A stretch of 32,000 bases of DNA from an uncultured Chloroflexia bacterium (GTDB taxonomy: Bacteria; Chloroflexota; Ktedonobacteria; Ktedonobacterales; JADMIN01): NCBI GenBank assembly GCA_963718915.1, contig CAVRAI010000001.1:390001-422000 (forward strand). The letters are read 5' to 3'. The notes beneath the pieces were generated by a model, which worked only from the letters and a program-made list of their open reading frames with translations, was not told the origin of the DNA and ran no database searches. Below, one piece after another: positions 30,277 to 32,000 of this stretch; within the stretch, counting starts at the first letter, position 1, and every line of letters starts with the position of its first letter. The position numbers and the translations under genes are program-made.

Positions 30277-30921
30277 ATGTCCCCTGTCCCTCCTTCGCGT
30301 CATGCGCACGTGTGGATGCCGATTGCTTTCACAGCATATCAGATGTGTGTCTATAATGCAAGTAAGATCATCTTTGCTATTGGATACTTCTGATAGTTGG
30401 CAATCAACACATAATATGAGGCAATAAGTTACGGTCGATACACGGCCAGGCGGGAGCAGGACAATACAGAAGCATCGCCTTGATGTCGGCGGCGGTTGTA
30501 TAGCTTGCCATCGAGCGGTGAGCGCATTTTCAGTTGTTGACGAACTATTAACGACCGAAAGGTGTATGCGGTGGACGGTTATGTTCATGCGCATGCAGGT
30601 GTGCGCTCTTCACTGGCGATGCGGCGTTGCATCGAGCAACGAATCGCGCAATAACCACGAATAATCACAGTCTCCAGCCCGATAGATAGGTGCGAGGAAA
30701 ACCCATAGAAGCCCGGTAAATCCGGGGCACGGGCTGCCCAAGATCGTTAGATCACTATCGCTGGCACATATCTTGCGCGCTCTAAAACGCCGTGACGATG
30801 TTTGGTAGGTATACCATCGATACCATCGTCGCTCAATCGCTTACCGGGCTACGAATGACGACATATGCATGTGCATGTCACATATGCCGCGTAGTCGGGA
30901 CACTGAAAGGAGAGGACATTA

Positions 30922-31194
30922 GTGCTTAACATCCTTGCATGGATTATAGTGGGTGGCATCGCCGGCTGGCTGGCCAGTCTTGTCGTGGAAGGCACAGGTC
31001 TGGGCATCCTGGGCGATATCATCGTCGGCATTGTCGGCGCGCTCATCGGCGGGTTTGTGCTCTCGCTGGTATTGCCAGGCACATTCGGCTTCACTGGCTT
31101 CAGCATCGGCAGCCTGATTGTCGCCTTCATCGGCGCGATCATCCTGCTGCTCATTCTGCGACTGCTGGGCGTTGGCCGTCGCCGCACCGCGTAA
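30922..31194 (+). CDS. GlsB/YeaQ/YmgE family (transglycosylase-associated) stress membrane protein
   Basis: GTG start with an AAAGGAGAGG RBS. LAWIIVGGIAGWLASLVV...LGDIIVGIVGALIGGFV...LIVAFIGAIILLLILRLL is the typical family sequence. Confidence 0.85.
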   Translation: MLNILAWIIVGGIAGWLASLVVEGTGLGILGDIIVGIVGALIGGFVLSLVLPGTFGFTGFSIGSLIVAFIGAIILLLILRLLGVGRRRTA

Positions 31195-31332
31195 CGAACG
31201 GCAACAAAGTATAACGGGTGAGATGTGCTCGCCATATAACCTGTGATAGTGGCAAAGCCGCTGGTTCAGTGCCAGCGGCTTTCGTCGTCCAGGGGGAAGA
31301 TGGCGATCAGATCGAACGATCACCGTGTCATA

Positions 31333-31896
31333 TCAGGACGCGCGACGAAGAGGAGTGATGCTCACACCGAGATGGCTCAACTGGAGCAGGGCCGTGCGAC
31401 GCACCTCCTCCGCCGACTGCTCGCCCAGCAACTCGTGCCGCCAGGGATAGCCGCCCGTGCCATCGGGATCGATGGAGACACGCAGCCCGCGCATCAACGC
31501 CTCGCGCGCCGTCGTCGAGACGCACATATGCGCGAAGAAGCCGACGATCAGCACATCGTCAGACCCCTGCTGCTCCAGCCAGGAGCCAATATCCGTCCCG
31601 GTGAACGCGCCAAACACGTCTTTGACGAACTCGGCCTCCTCGCTCCGGTCCGCCAGCGGCCCCAGACCGGGCGAGAATTCCGCGCCCCATGTGCCGGGAA
31701 TGAAGGCTGGTGGTGATTTTGGTGTGACCTCGCCGGGCCTGTTGTGGTGGCGCACCCAGGCGATTGGCCTGCCTTCACGGCGCGCCTCATCCACCCGGCG
31801 CAGAATCGTCTCCAGCGCCTGGGCGTGGTTGAGTACGGGCCGGTTGCCCTCTGCTGAGAATTCGTTCTGCGCGTCGACAACGATCAGCGTTTGCAT
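31333..31896 (-). CDS. Isochorismatase-family cysteine hydrolase
   Basis: GGAGGAAGG RBS. LIVVDAQNEF, KDVFGAFTGTDIGSWLEQQGSDDVLIVGFFAHMCVSTTAREA (catalytic Cys context). Confidence 0.8.
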   Translation of the reverse strand: MQTLIVVDAQNEFSAEGNRPVLNHAQALETILRRVDEARREGRPIAWVRHHNRPGEVTPKSPPAFIPGTWGAEFSPGLGPLADRSEEAEFVKDVFGAFTGTDIGSWLEQQGSDDVLIVGFFAHMCVSTTAREALMRGLRVSIDPDGTGGYPWRHELLGEQSAEEVRRTALLQLSHLGVSITPLRRAS

Positions 31897-31982
31897 GACC
31901 TTCCTCCGATTCGGGTGTGTTGCCAGAAAATTGACGGATATCTACCGGCACAAGTATGATACCTTTCGGAGGAATACGCAAA

Positions 31983-32000
31983 ATGACCGAAAATATTTCG
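31983..32000 (+). CDS. Possible start of a gene running off the window (MTENIS...)
   Basis: ATG at 31983 preceded by GGAGG (31968-31972) and by TTGACG-18-TATGAT (31931-31960). Only 6 codons are visible. Confidence 0.3.

Noticed and set aside
30640-30760. Known riboswitch (c-di-AMP ydaO-type, guanidine or preQ1) upstream of the GlsB gene
   Set aside because: GGGGCACGGG and CCCA-like strings caught my eye, but I could not align the region to any consensus I remember. The region is kept only as an unexplained structured gap.
1-32000. rRNA, tRNA or tmRNA genes
   Set aside because: No cloverleaf-like or rRNA-like segments were recognised in the intergenic regions by eye. tRNAscan-SE/Infernal would be needed to exclude them formally.

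Overview
High-GC bacterial chromosomal segment with strong GGAGG-type ribosome-binding sites. Gene content and repeat style look Chloroflexota- or Actinobacteria-like, but that is only an impression. The backbone is housekeeping: glyQS, purA, parA-parB, a spermidine-synthase-like membrane protein, a GT-C glycosyltransferase, a DUF2419/queuosine-salvage gene, MarR plus a deazaflavin-type oxidoreductase, a CBS protein, HIT, a BNR propeller protein, an ECF sigma/anti-sigma pair, a LysE exporter, DinD and an isochorismatase-like hydrolase. Small accessory insertions are interleaved with it. The most interesting are two unrelated TIR-domain fusion proteins, each with its own sigma70-like promoter. 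One is TIR-TPR-Clp_N-UVR (3038-4681), in a low-GC 2 kb insert bounded by 82-bp promoter-bearing direct repeats. The other is TIR-FGE-sulfatase (12342-13655), in a mosaic interval. That interval contains back-to-back 3'-end remnants of the flanking methyltransferase and glycosyltransferase genes, a 159-bp MITE with 10-bp terminal inverted repeats and a TAA duplication, and a perfect 25-nt repeat of the DUF4926 gene end. An orphan HEPN gene and a DUF4926 gene are also present. Three dispersed repeat families occur: a CCCCTCTCC hairpin family (six copies, one in-frame inside a CDS), a mosaic of GC hairpins, and the MITE. Three genes look frameshifted: dinD by an 11-bp tandem duplication, DUF2419 in a C3 run, and a small membrane protein. 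Candidate cis-regulatory leaders sit upstream of glyQS and of the LysE exporter. No rRNA, tRNA or CRISPR array was recognised. All coordinates, alignments and counts were made by hand from the sequence, and no database search was run.
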